A stretch of 64,000 nucleotides of DNA from Acidimicrobiia bacterium (GTDB taxonomy: Bacteria; Actinomycetota; Acidimicrobiia; Spongiisociales; Spongiisociaceae). The notes below the pieces were generated by a model. The model was not told the origin of the DNA. It saw only the letters and a list, made by a program, of their open reading frames with translations, and did no database searches. Location: positions 3,777 to 67,776 of the forward strand of contig QIDH01000056.1 of the NCBI GenBank assembly GCA_003229305.1, given 5' to 3'. Both the position numbers and the translations under genes were made by a program. Within the stretch, counting starts at the first letter, position 1, and each line of letters begins with the position of its first letter. Below, in pieces: positions 46,959 through 55,123 of the stretch.

Positions 46959-47530
46959 TCAAGCGTTCATCTGATCTACAGCCAAGACGTGGCAGGCTTC
47001 GCACCTGGATCGCCATCGGCCTCATTGCCGGTGTGGTTGGGACAATGGTCATCGTATTCGCCGGCCGCTTCGGGATGGACGTGAGACTCGTTGCCTCTCC
47101 GTTGGTTGGCCGTCAGGCTCCTTCCCTCGAGTTCGACTATCTGGACCGACCCGGAACGCTCGACACCGACGACCTCAACGGTCAGGTGGTCGTCATGAAC
47201 TTCTGGGCGTCATGGTGCCTTGCCTGTCGCGTCGAACATCCCATTCTGATGGCGGCCTCTGAGAAGTACGCCGACCAAGGGGTCCGATTCATAGGTGTGC
47301 AGCATCAAGACCTGGTCAACTCGGGAAAGGCCTTCCTCGATGAGCTCGGATGGGGCGTGAACTTCGACTATGTGATCGGAGACGGTTCAGGAGCCGCGAT
47401 TGAGTACGGCATATACGGCATCCCTGAGACGTTCGTCATCGACGCCAACGGGACAATCACAATGAAGATCACCGGGCCAGTGACAACCAAGTCGCTCGGT
47501 ACGGCCATTGAGGCCGCTCTCGTCGGGTAA
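46955..47530 (+). CDS. ccmG: CcmG/DsbE thiol:disulfide interchange protein (copy 2)
   Basis: ATGA overlap; VVVMNFWASWCLACRVEHP; GIYGIPETFVI. Confidence 0.8.
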   Translation: MIKRSSDLQPRRGRLRTWIAIGLIAGVVGTMVIVFAGRFGMDVRLVASPLVGRQAPSLEFDYLDRPGTLDTDDLNGQVVVMNFWASWCLACRVEHPILMAASEKYADQGVRFIGVQHQDLVNSGKAFLDELGWGVNFDYVIGDGSGAAIEYGIYGIPETFVIDANGTITMKITGPVTTKSLGTAIEAALVG

Positions 47531-47584
47531 TCGAAACAGGCTGCGCCGGCCTCGTCGGAGAGGAACACGGCTACGATGAAGATT

Positions 47585-47951
47585 GACGAGTTCACTGGGC
47601 GACCGCGGCTGGTTTCAGTCGAGGAAAGTCCGGACTCCCAAGGGCATGGAGCTGGGTAACACCCAGGCGGGGCGACCCGACGGAAAGTGCCACAGAAACC
47701 AGACCGCCGATGGCCTTCGGGCACAGGCAAGGGTGAAACGGTGGTGTAAGAGACCACCAGCATCTCGGGTGACCGATGTGGCTGGTAAACCCCTCCAGGA
47801 GCAAGGCCAAACAGGGACATCGGCGGCCCGCCGATCAAGTCCCGGGTAGGCCGCACCGAGGTCGAGCGGCAACGCCGGCCCCAGATGGATGGTCGCTGCC
47901 TGTCGAGCATCGCTCGGCAGGTACAGAATCCGGCTTACAGGTGAACTCGTC
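47585..47951 (+). ncRNA. rnpB: RNase P RNA, bacterial type A
   Basis: Universal blocks GAGGAAAGTCCGG, ACAGAAACCAGACCGCC, AGGGTGAAACGGTG, GTAAGAG.CACCAG, CCGGGTAGGC and ACAGAATCCGGCTTA. The 5' end GACGAGTTCAC pairs with the 3' end GTGAACTCGTC (P1). Confidence 0.92.
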
Positions 47952-47964
47952 GCGCCTGTCAGGA

Positions 47965-48411
47965 ATGACTTTCGGGCCACCCTGGTTGCTTCTTGGAGCG
48001 ACGATCGGAGCTCCGTTGGCTGCCAACACCACCAATACCGAAACAAGCGTCACTGCGATCCACAGCAGGGCTGTCCGCTACACCATCGGCTTTACCGCCC
48101 TTTGGTTGGGACTGGCGGTCTGGAGAGACGGCTTGACCTATCACCTGGCCCCGATCCTGATTCCGCTCATCCCGGCATTCGTCTTTCGGGGCGCAGGCAC
48201 AGACGCACGTCTCCCAAGTGCGGCCATCCCGATCGCTTTGGGCGGGTCGATGGCCTTCGGAGGAAGCCTGGCGCTCTCCGCGCTCGATCGGATGAACGGG
48301 CCTTCTCTCCTTCCGTTTGGCGATGCCCTGGTCGAGTCTCTCATTTTCGCCGCCGTTGCTTTTCTGGCCGCCCTGATCGTCGGTCGCCATTGGTTGGGTG
48401 GGCGAGGATGA
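47965..48411 (+). CDS. hypothetical membrane protein
   Basis: The ATG at 47965 lies just after rnpB; the upstream part of ORF 47776..48411 is inside the RNA gene. Four hydrophobic helices. Confidence 0.35.
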   Translation: MTFGPPWLLLGATIGAPLAANTTNTETSVTAIHSRAVRYTIGFTALWLGLAVWRDGLTYHLAPILIPLIPAFVFRGAGTDARLPSAAIPIALGGSMAFGGSLALSALDRMNGPSLLPFGDALVESLIFAAVAFLAALIVGRHWLGGRG

Positions 48412-48485
48412 CCCGGCCCGTCCTGGCCACCAGCCTGTCGGCCGGAATTATCTTGGAATGACCAGGCCGCGACCACGGTTGAACG

Positions 48486-48501
48486 TGTCAAGTAGTTGAC
48501 A
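48486..48501. promoter_or_regulatory. 16-bp palindrome TGTCA-N6-TGACA
   Basis: TGTCAAGTAGTTGACA is read directly. It lies 59-74 nt upstream of the redoxin ATG at 48560. Confidence 0.3.
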
Positions 48502-48559
48502 GATCGCGTCACCGACCGGCCGGAAGCGTGCATCGCCATCCCTGACGAAGGTCGGAGTT

Positions 48560-49117
48560 ATGACGACAGATAACGAAACATTGCCCAGGCGCAACACCAC
48601 GCTGATCAAGCTGGGACTGGCAGCGGGAACCCTTGGTCTGATCGGGCTTGTCGCCCTGATCGGCTTCGGCGGCTCCAGTGGACAATCTGCCACCAACGCA
48701 AGCGGTGATCCGGCTCCAGCAATTACGCTGAACTACATCGACGGTACTCAGAGCGCGCTGTCTGACTTGACGGGCACGCCGGTCATGCTGAATTTCTTTG
48801 CCGACTGGTGCCCGGCCTGCGTCGCCGAGATGCCTGATCTCGAGATAATCAACCAGGAATTTGGCAATAACCTGAGGATCATCGGCCTCGACCAGAGCAC
48901 CAACGACGCTGGCATGCGAGAGCTCCTGGTCGACACGGGAATCACATACGACGTAGCTCTGGACCGCGACGGACAGATTTACGCGGCGTTCGGAGGGTTG
49001 AGCATGCCGACATCCGTGTTCCTGTACCCGGACGGCACAGTAGCGAGGGTTCACTCTGGGGTGACTTTCGAAAACCAGCTCCGCGACATACTGAACGAGC
49101 TCTTCTTCACGGGCTAG
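48560..49117 (+). CDS. TlpA/ResA-like thiol-disulfide oxidoreductase, membrane-anchored
   Basis: TM helix LIKLGLAAGTLGLIGLVALIGF; PVMLNFFADWCPACVAEMP thioredoxin motif. Confidence 0.75.
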   Translation: MTTDNETLPRRNTTLIKLGLAAGTLGLIGLVALIGFGGSSGQSATNASGDPAPAITLNYIDGTQSALSDLTGTPVMLNFFADWCPACVAEMPDLEIINQEFGNNLRIIGLDQSTNDAGMRELLVDTGITYDVALDRDGQIYAAFGGLSMPTSVFLYPDGTVARVHSGVTFENQLRDILNELFFTG

Positions 49118-49147
49118 GCACACCACGATCGGGAGGCGGATCCAACC

Positions 49148-49855
49148 GTGACCACTACCAACAACAATCTTCTCGTAGCAGACCAACAACACCTCGCCTG
49201 GCTGGCGAGAAGCTTCGGACGTCCGGACTATCTGCCCTTGAGCAGGCGAGATCTGGATCTGCTGATGGACGCCAGCGAGGTCGTGAAGCGCTACCCAGGC
49301 ACTCACCTCTTCAAAGAAGGAGAAACGGCCACTGCTGCGTTTTTGATCGAGGAAGGAAAGGTCGACCTTTATAGGGGAAAGGGAGGCCAGCGCAGGGTGG
49401 TGGCCAGGGTCGGTCCTGGGTCGGTCATCGGGGACATCGCCATGTTCGCGGACACACCATATATTTCGTCCGCCAAGGCAATCGGCCCTGTGGTGGCCCT
49501 GCGCTTCGAACGCGACCGTCTCATCCCCAGACTGGCCCAGCATCCGGCCATCTGCCTGAGATGGCTCGTTGCCGGACTGCGTCAATTGGAAGATACCCAG
49601 AGGCGAGTCATTCATCTCATGCACAAAACCGTCAAAGCCCAGGTGGCCGATCTCCTGTCAGAAGAGGTGGACGGCCAGCAGGAGGTCAGACTCTCGCAGG
49701 CATCGATGGCCACGCTCCTAGGAGCCAGCCGCCAATCGGTCAACGAGGCGCTTGGCGAGTTGAGATCGGTTGGGGCGATAGAGACCGGTTATCGCATCGT
49801 GCGAATCATCGATCGAGCGGCGTTGCTCAAAGCCGCTGCCAGCGACAGCCGGTGA
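49148..49855 (+). CDS. Crp/Fnr-family transcriptional regulator
   Basis: cNMP-binding beta-roll (FKEGETATAAFLIEEGKVDLY...GPGSVIGDIAMF) and C-terminal HTH (SQASMATLLGASRQSVNEALGELRSVGAIE). No FNR-type N-terminal Cys cluster. Confidence 0.8.
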   Translation: MTTTNNNLLVADQQHLAWLARSFGRPDYLPLSRRDLDLLMDASEVVKRYPGTHLFKEGETATAAFLIEEGKVDLYRGKGGQRRVVARVGPGSVIGDIAMFADTPYISSAKAIGPVVALRFERDRLIPRLAQHPAICLRWLVAGLRQLEDTQRRVIHLMHKTVKAQVADLLSEEVDGQQEVRLSQASMATLLGASRQSVNEALGELRSVGAIETGYRIVRIIDRAALLKAAASDSR

Positions 49856-49869
49856 GACCGATGACTAGT

Positions 49870-49885
49870 TGTCGTTCGGCCGACA
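49870..49885. promoter_or_regulatory. palindrome TGTCG-N6-CGACA (operator or terminator hairpin)
   Basis: TTGTCGttcggcCGACAA (49869-49886) lies between the crp stop (49855) and the ccdA ATG (49929). Confidence 0.25.
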
Positions 49886-49928
49886 AAGCCGGCCGATCGG
49901 CACACATCGGATCGTTTAACCAAGTGAC

Positions 49929-50831
49929 ATGATCAGTACAGCCGCTCTCGCCCTGGCCTACACAGCCGGATTGGTCGCCACGATCAATCCATGCGGATTC
50001 GCCATGCTGCCGGTCTACCTCGGGTTCTTCATGGAGGCGGACGATGGCGAGGCCACCGACCGCGCCGCATCCCTCGCACGTGCTCTCAAAGTGGGCACCG
50101 CGGTTTCAGCAGGCTTCATCGTAGTTTTCGGAGTCGCCGGTCTCCTTCTCAACATCGGCCTGCAGGCGGCAGTCTTCCGCACTGTGCTGCCATGGCTGGC
50201 CATGGCCATCGGGGTCGGTGTCCTGGTTCTCGGGGTCGCGATGCTGCGCGGCTACTCGATGAACGTGAGGCTGCCAGGTGTTCGTGGAGGCAAGAAGGAG
50301 CGCACCCTTCGATCAATGTTCGGTTTTGGCATTACATACGCCATCGCATCTCTGTCCTGCACCCTTCCAGTGTTCCTCTCTCTGGTCACCGCCAATTTTG
50401 CCCAGCAGTCCGTGACGGCCGGCACACTGACGTTCATCGTGTATGGCCTTGGCATGGCCACGGTGCTGCTCTACCTCAGCGTCGCAATGGCATTCGGACG
50501 CGACTCGATCATCAAGCGGATGCGGAGCGCAGCCCGGCACCTGAACACCGTATCCGGAGTGATCCTTATCACGGCCGGCCTGTTCATCATCTGGTACTGG
50601 TCGACGATCCTCATCCAGGGAGCGGTGGTAGCGGGCCAATCCGGCGTCGTGCGGTGGGTAGATCGCACTTCGGCCGGCCTCACCAACTATGTCGGCGACA
50701 ACCGCAGGCTGGTCATCGCAGTCACCATCGGAACCATCGGGGCGACGGTTCTCTACATCATCGCCAAGACGACGCTTGGCCAGCAGAGCGATCCAGATCG
50801 TGACGCGGTCGCGCCTCGTCAAGGCCGCTGA
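49929..50831 (+). CDS. ccdA: cytochrome c biogenesis thiol-reductant transporter CcdA (DsbD family)
   Basis: LVATINPCGFAMLPVYLGFF, with the second conserved Cys in IASLSCTLPVFL; polytopic. Confidence 0.8.
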   Translation: MISTAALALAYTAGLVATINPCGFAMLPVYLGFFMEADDGEATDRAASLARALKVGTAVSAGFIVVFGVAGLLLNIGLQAAVFRTVLPWLAMAIGVGVLVLGVAMLRGYSMNVRLPGVRGGKKERTLRSMFGFGITYAIASLSCTLPVFLSLVTANFAQQSVTAGTLTFIVYGLGMATVLLYLSVAMAFGRDSIIKRMRSAARHLNTVSGVILITAGLFIIWYWSTILIQGAVVAGQSGVVRWVDRTSAGLTNYVGDNRRLVIAVTIGTIGATVLYIIAKTTLGQQSDPDRDAVAPRQGR

Positions 50832-50896
50832 AGGCCACGGCAGCGCCCCTTCCAACCGGATACGCACGTCGCCGAGACCACGGTTAGCCTCGGCTC

Positions 50897-51580
50897 ATGT
50901 GTGGACGTTATGTCATCTCGTCCGATCCGGCGGCATTCGCGGAATACTTTGGAGTCGAGGAGATCAAAACCGAAGAACTCGCGCCCAGCTACAACGTGGC
51001 ACCCACCGACCAGGTGTACGGAATCGCGCAACACGGCGGCGAGAGACAGCTCGGCAGTTTCCGCTGGGGTTTGATTCCCCATTGGTCCAAAAATCGTAAG
51101 GGTCCTCTGAACATCAACGCCCGGGCAGAATCCGTCGCCAGCAAGCCCACATTTCGCGACTCGTTCCGCATGAGGCGTTGCATCCTTCCGGCAGACGGGT
51201 TTTTCGAGTGGGAACCAAAGGAGCGACACATGCCTCCCCACTACGTCACGATGAGCCAGGGCCGGCCGATGGGGTTTGCGGGAGTGTGGGCATCTTGGAA
51301 GGATCCCGAGACCGACTCGTGGCTGCGGAGCTGTGCCATCATCACCACCACTGCCAATCCCGTCCTCGCACCGATCCACACCCGCATGCCTGTCATCCTT
51401 CTGCCTGACAGGTGGGATCAATGGTTGGAGCGAGACAACCACGACACTGCTTCACTGGAAAAGTTGTTGATCCCGATTCCGAAGGATCAGGTCGCGGAAC
51501 ACACAGTTTCCACCCTGGTAAACCGGGTAGCGAACAACTTGCCGGAAAACATCCTCCCGCTCGGAGACCGGCCTTCCTGA
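50897..51580 (+). CDS. SOS response-associated peptidase (SRAP/YedK family)
   Basis: MCGRY N-terminus, SYNVAPT, GLIPHW and CILPADGFFEW motifs. Confidence 0.85.
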   Translation: MCGRYVISSDPAAFAEYFGVEEIKTEELAPSYNVAPTDQVYGIAQHGGERQLGSFRWGLIPHWSKNRKGPLNINARAESVASKPTFRDSFRMRRCILPADGFFEWEPKERHMPPHYVTMSQGRPMGFAGVWASWKDPETDSWLRSCAIITTTANPVLAPIHTRMPVILLPDRWDQWLERDNHDTASLEKLLIPIPKDQVAEHTVSTLVNRVANNLPENILPLGDRPS

Positions 51581-51636
51581 TCAGGCAAGACCGAGCCGTT
51601 TCCGGTACCCGGTCATTCCGGTATCCTCGCCAGCCG

Positions 51637-52242
51637 ATGGCACGCATACTCCTCATCCGACATGCTCCGACACCAGAGACCGGCTCGAGGCTCACCGGCA
51701 GGCAGAGCGGTGTCTCACTCGGCTCCAAGGGCGAGGCCGTCGCCGTACGAACTGCCGAACTCCTCACGAAGGTCAGATTCGCGGCTGTATACACATCCCC
51801 AATCGAACGGACCCTGGAGACGGCCGAGATAATCGCGAATCAGCACGGGTTGGCGCCGACAATCGAAAAGGGCGTCATCGAGATCGATTTCGGTCGGTGG
51901 GCTGGTCGGACGTTGAAATCGCTGCGCCAAACCCGCCTCTGGACCGAAGTGCAGTCGGTCCCGTCAAGGGTCACGTTTCCTGGCGGGGAATCGTTCACCG
52001 ACGCCCAGTATCGGGCGGTGGCTGCGGTCGCTCGCATCGGCGAGCAGACCGGAAAGGGAACGGCCGCGATCGTCAGTCACTCTGACGTGATCAAGCTCGT
52101 GATCAGCCACTACCTTGGGCAGCCGCTCGACCTCTTTCAACGATTGTCGATTTCACCCGCATCAATCACCATCCTCCACCTCCCGACCAAGGGGCAACCG
52201 ATGATCAGCGCCATGAACTCGTTCTCCGAAGTGTGCAAATGA
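51637..52242 (+). CDS. histidine phosphatase family protein (putative phosphomutase)
   Basis: MARILLIRHAPT (RHG-type motif) and IVSHSDVIK. ATG 51637 lies inside the longer ORF. Confidence 0.7.
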   Translation: MARILLIRHAPTPETGSRLTGRQSGVSLGSKGEAVAVRTAELLTKVRFAAVYTSPIERTLETAEIIANQHGLAPTIEKGVIEIDFGRWAGRTLKSLRQTRLWTEVQSVPSRVTFPGGESFTDAQYRAVAAVARIGEQTGKGTAAIVSHSDVIKLVISHYLGQPLDLFQRLSISPASITILHLPTKGQPMISAMNSFSEVCK

Positions 52243-52751
52243 CCGACCTGGGTCCAGCAGAGAGGTTCATGGCAGGTGCCATCGGAGAACCGGGCGCGAG
52301 GACCTTCTACATCTACATCGAATGCGCAGGTCAGCCGAGCTGGTTTCTGCTCGAAAAGGGACAGGTCGAGGCTCTCGCCAGACAAAGCCTCGAAACAATC
52401 GAACGAGCGGGCCTTGCCGTGGACGAGGCAGCAGTCAAACATCTTGTCGAGGGCCCAACAGAATTGCCTTGGCCGACCGATCCTGATGCCGTTGCGTTCC
52501 GGGTTGGGGCAATGGCGCTGCGTATGGACGAAGGGGGCTCCTTGATCGTGGTCATCCTCCAGGACTCCGAAGCTGAGGACGAGTTGGATCAGACCACTTT
52601 TCAGGTTGCCCCTGAACAATTGAGGGCCATGTCGATCCAGGCCCTCGATGAGGTTCATGCCGGCAGACCGATCTGCCCAAAATGCCGGCTGCCAGAGGAT
52701 CCAGAAGGTCACCGCTGCCCATCGTCCAACGGGCATCACCCCGCAAGATGA
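52233..52751 (+). CDS. DUF3090-family protein
   Basis: FMAGAIGEPGARTFYIYIE...; C-terminal CPKCRLP...GHRCP zinc-ribbon-like pairs. Conserved neighbour of the next gene in actinobacteria (from memory). Confidence 0.7.
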   Translation: MQMTDLGPAERFMAGAIGEPGARTFYIYIECAGQPSWFLLEKGQVEALARQSLETIERAGLAVDEAAVKHLVEGPTELPWPTDPDAVAFRVGAMALRMDEGGSLIVVILQDSEAEDELDQTTFQVAPEQLRAMSIQALDEVHAGRPICPKCRLPEDPEGHRCPSSNGHHPAR

Positions 52752-53428
52752 ACGAGTGGCGGGTCGCCGAGGTGGTTGGCCAGCTCCAAGGGGCTTCGAA
52801 CGCCACCCTGCTCGGTCGGCTCGCCGACGGCACGCTCGTCGTATACAAACCGAGTAGAGGCGAACAGCCATTGTGGGATTTCGAGTTCGGCACGCTGGCC
52901 GTTCGGGAGGCTCTCACCTACGAGGTTTCCGAAGCACTCGGCTTCGGGCTGGTCCCTGAAACTGTGCTCGGGGACGGGCCATTCGGGACAGGCTCAATTC
53001 AGCGGTTCATCGAAGAGGATCCCGAGTTCAATCCGGCCCCACTGATCAACGAGGCGGACCCCAGCCTATGGCCCGTCGCGGTACTCGACCTCCTCATCAA
53101 CAATGCCGACCGCAAAGCGGGCCATCTGATCGCAGGCGCGCATGATGGTCGCCTCTGGTGCATCGACCACGGCGTCAGCCTCCATGAAGACCCCAAGCTC
53201 AGGACGGTGCTGTGGAACTTCTCAGGCGAAGCACTGCCGGACGAGATGGTCTCGGCGGTGGAGGGGTTTGGGGAGGCGCTCGATACAGGATTGCGTGAGC
53301 GCGTTGCGGACCTGCTGAGCGACCGCGAGGCCGCCGCCCTGCTCACCAGGACAAAGGCTCTCCTCGCGACGCCGCTACATCCAGATCCTCCTGCCGACCG
53401 GCCCGCGCTTCCATGGCCAGTCTGGTGA
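52748..53428 (+). CDS. SCO1664-family (PI3/4-kinase-like) protein
   Basis: ATGA overlap with the DUF3090 gene. GASNATLLGRLADGTLVVYKPSRGEQPLWDF and LINNADRKAGHL...IDHG kinase-like motifs. Confidence 0.7.
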   Translation: MNEWRVAEVVGQLQGASNATLLGRLADGTLVVYKPSRGEQPLWDFEFGTLAVREALTYEVSEALGFGLVPETVLGDGPFGTGSIQRFIEEDPEFNPAPLINEADPSLWPVAVLDLLINNADRKAGHLIAGAHDGRLWCIDHGVSLHEDPKLRTVLWNFSGEALPDEMVSAVEGFGEALDTGLRERVADLLSDREAAALLTRTKALLATPLHPDPPADRPALPWPVW

Positions 53429-53521
53429 CGGTGAGGGGGAACTGGCATCGGAACAGGCAGGCGTTCTTGACAGATGGTGGCGGCCTGCCTTGACTAGCGG
53501 CCGGTTGGACGGGGGTTTTGT

Positions 53522-53890
53522 TTGCCGGAATGGGCAGCTGCAAAGTGGATGAGTGATCGTCGTGTTTGGGGCGGCGTCGCCGCCGTCGTTCTCGTCGGCG
53601 TCGTCGGCTTGGCCGTTTTCGGCGGTTCGAACGGAGACGAGACCGACACGACGCTGATCGAAGACCCCCTGGCCTCGACCACAACGGTATTCGACACTTC
53701 GATTCCCAAGCAGGCGACCACCAGGGCGAGCGTTGTGGCCGACCAGACCTCCCGCACCACTACAGCCATTGCGACATCTTCCACGACTGCGGCTTCACAG
53801 GCGGAAACTTCGACCTCCACAACTGCGCCTGCGGTCACCGATTCGTCCGCGCCAACCTCCATCGTATCCACGGATGGGTCCGTACCGTGA
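53522..53890 (+). CDS. membrane-anchored Ser/Thr-rich protein
   Basis: TM helix VWGGVAAVVLVGVVGLAVFGG followed by a low-complexity S/T/A region. Confidence 0.4.
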   Translation: MPEWAAAKWMSDRRVWGGVAAVVLVGVVGLAVFGGSNGDETDTTLIEDPLASTTTVFDTSIPKQATTRASVVADQTSRTTTAIATSSTTAASQAETSTSTTAPAVTDSSAPTSIVSTDGSVP

Positions 53891-53966
53891 TCGCAGATCT
53901 GCGGAAGACTCCGCTGGTGGAGTAGACGTTGTAGACATACTCTCGGAGACGCTGTAGACTCTGCTC

Positions 53967-54512
53967 ATGGTCGTCTCCTTGTCACAAGCCCTGCGAATCC
54001 TCCAAACCCGAGCGGCGGGTGACATGGCCCTGGCCGAAACGGTTCTCTATCTGGCAGAGGATGCCGAGTCCGTGCAAGATCCGTTCGAACAGGTCACCGA
54101 TCCGGTCAGCTCTGCGGCTCGCCAGATCAACGAGAGACGCCTGGCGGGGCGAAGTCATCGTCAATTGGCCCGCACCATCGATACTGCCGGCGTGGTTGAG
54201 CTGCTCAACTCGATCAACAGCCGCAAGGGCGTGGATCGCAGACGACGCCGAGGTCAACTGATCGGATGGCGAAACGGACGCCAAACCATGCATCCAACCT
54301 GGCAATTCGACGAAAGCGCCGGCAATACGTGGCCCGGCCTCGACAGGGTCGTCGACGCCTTGTCTGACGCAGCCGCCAGCCCGCAGGCCGCGGACGCATT
54401 GATGACCGCGTGGCGCAGCGATCTAGGGGGAAGAAACCTCGCCGATCTACTGGCCGCCGGAAAGATCGACACACTCATCCGCCTCATCGGCGAGTCCCAG
54501 GATCAGTCCTGA
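53967..54512 (+). CDS. Xre/MbcA/ParS-like antitoxin (C-terminal toxin-binding domain)
   Basis: The C-terminus ...ADALMTAWRSDLGGRNLADLLAAGKIDTLIRLI resembles the DUF2384 pattern. Sits directly upstream of a RES-domain gene. Confidence 0.55.
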   Translation: MVVSLSQALRILQTRAAGDMALAETVLYLAEDAESVQDPFEQVTDPVSSAARQINERRLAGRSHRQLARTIDTAGVVELLNSINSRKGVDRRRRRGQLIGWRNGRQTMHPTWQFDESAGNTWPGLDRVVDALSDAAASPQAADALMTAWRSDLGGRNLADLLAAGKIDTLIRLIGESQDQS

Positions 54513-55111
54513 GCAGACACCCCACGGATCGCCCACCCGGCCTCCGGCTCCGGCCCATTCCGTGGCCGGCCTGGCGGATCGAAGCCAAGGCCCCTCCAGA
54601 TTGGGACTGGAATCCGTTCTCGGCCGCCCGCAACCGCTTCGACCCGCCCAGCGGTCGGTTCCGGATTCGATATGCGGCAAGTCTGCCCGTCGTGGCCGCC
54701 CGTGAGCGGTTCGTCGACCGGCGCATCAGCGAACAGCACGGAGATTTGTGGCTCATCCGCCTCGACGGGTTACCCAGCGGTCTACACCTCACTCACCAGC
54801 CGAACCTCGACGCGCTTGGCATTGACGACCGCGTGAGTACCGGCCGCATCGACGTGGACCGCGTGGACGATCCTGATCCGCTGCTCGACGCCGCCGGGCT
54901 GTTGATGGATTCGATCTTCGATTGGTGGGAGGGTGAACCACCCCCAATCGTGTACCGGTCGAGAATGTCACCTGACCATCGCAACATCGCTTTCGGCGAG
55001 TTCAATGCCTTCACCGTCGGCGTGGCCAGGCCGCTGCGGGAGGCGATCGCCCTCCACACTCACCTGGTGCTACACGCGGGATTCACCGTACCCTCCCGTT
55101 GGTTCGGTTGA
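54410..55111 (+). CDS. RES-domain toxin (start uncertain)
   Basis: AWRI...NRFDPPSGRFRIRYAA (Arg), AARERF (Glu), IVYRSRMSP (Ser) in RES-domain order. The only canonical start gives a 103-nt overlap with the antitoxin. Confidence 0.6.
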   Translation: MAQRSRGKKPRRSTGRRKDRHTHPPHRRVPGSVLSRHPTDRPPGLRLRPIPWPAWRIEAKAPPDWDWNPFSAARNRFDPPSGRFRIRYAASLPVVAARERFVDRRISEQHGDLWLIRLDGLPSGLHLTHQPNLDALGIDDRVSTGRIDVDRVDDPDPLLDAAGLLMDSIFDWWEGEPPPIVYRSRMSPDHRNIAFGEFNAFTVGVARPLREAIALHTHLVLHAGFTVPSRWFG

Positions 55112-55123
55112 ATTCAGTCTCGT

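Noticed and set aside
48509-49624. 371-aa minus-strand ORF
   Set aside because: It is antisense to the TlpA-like redoxin and Crp genes, both of which have clear motifs.
49869-49886. Calling the TTGTCG-N6-CGACAA hairpin an intrinsic terminator
   Set aside because: The stem is only 6 bp and no T-run follows it. It is kept only as an ambiguous regulatory palindrome.
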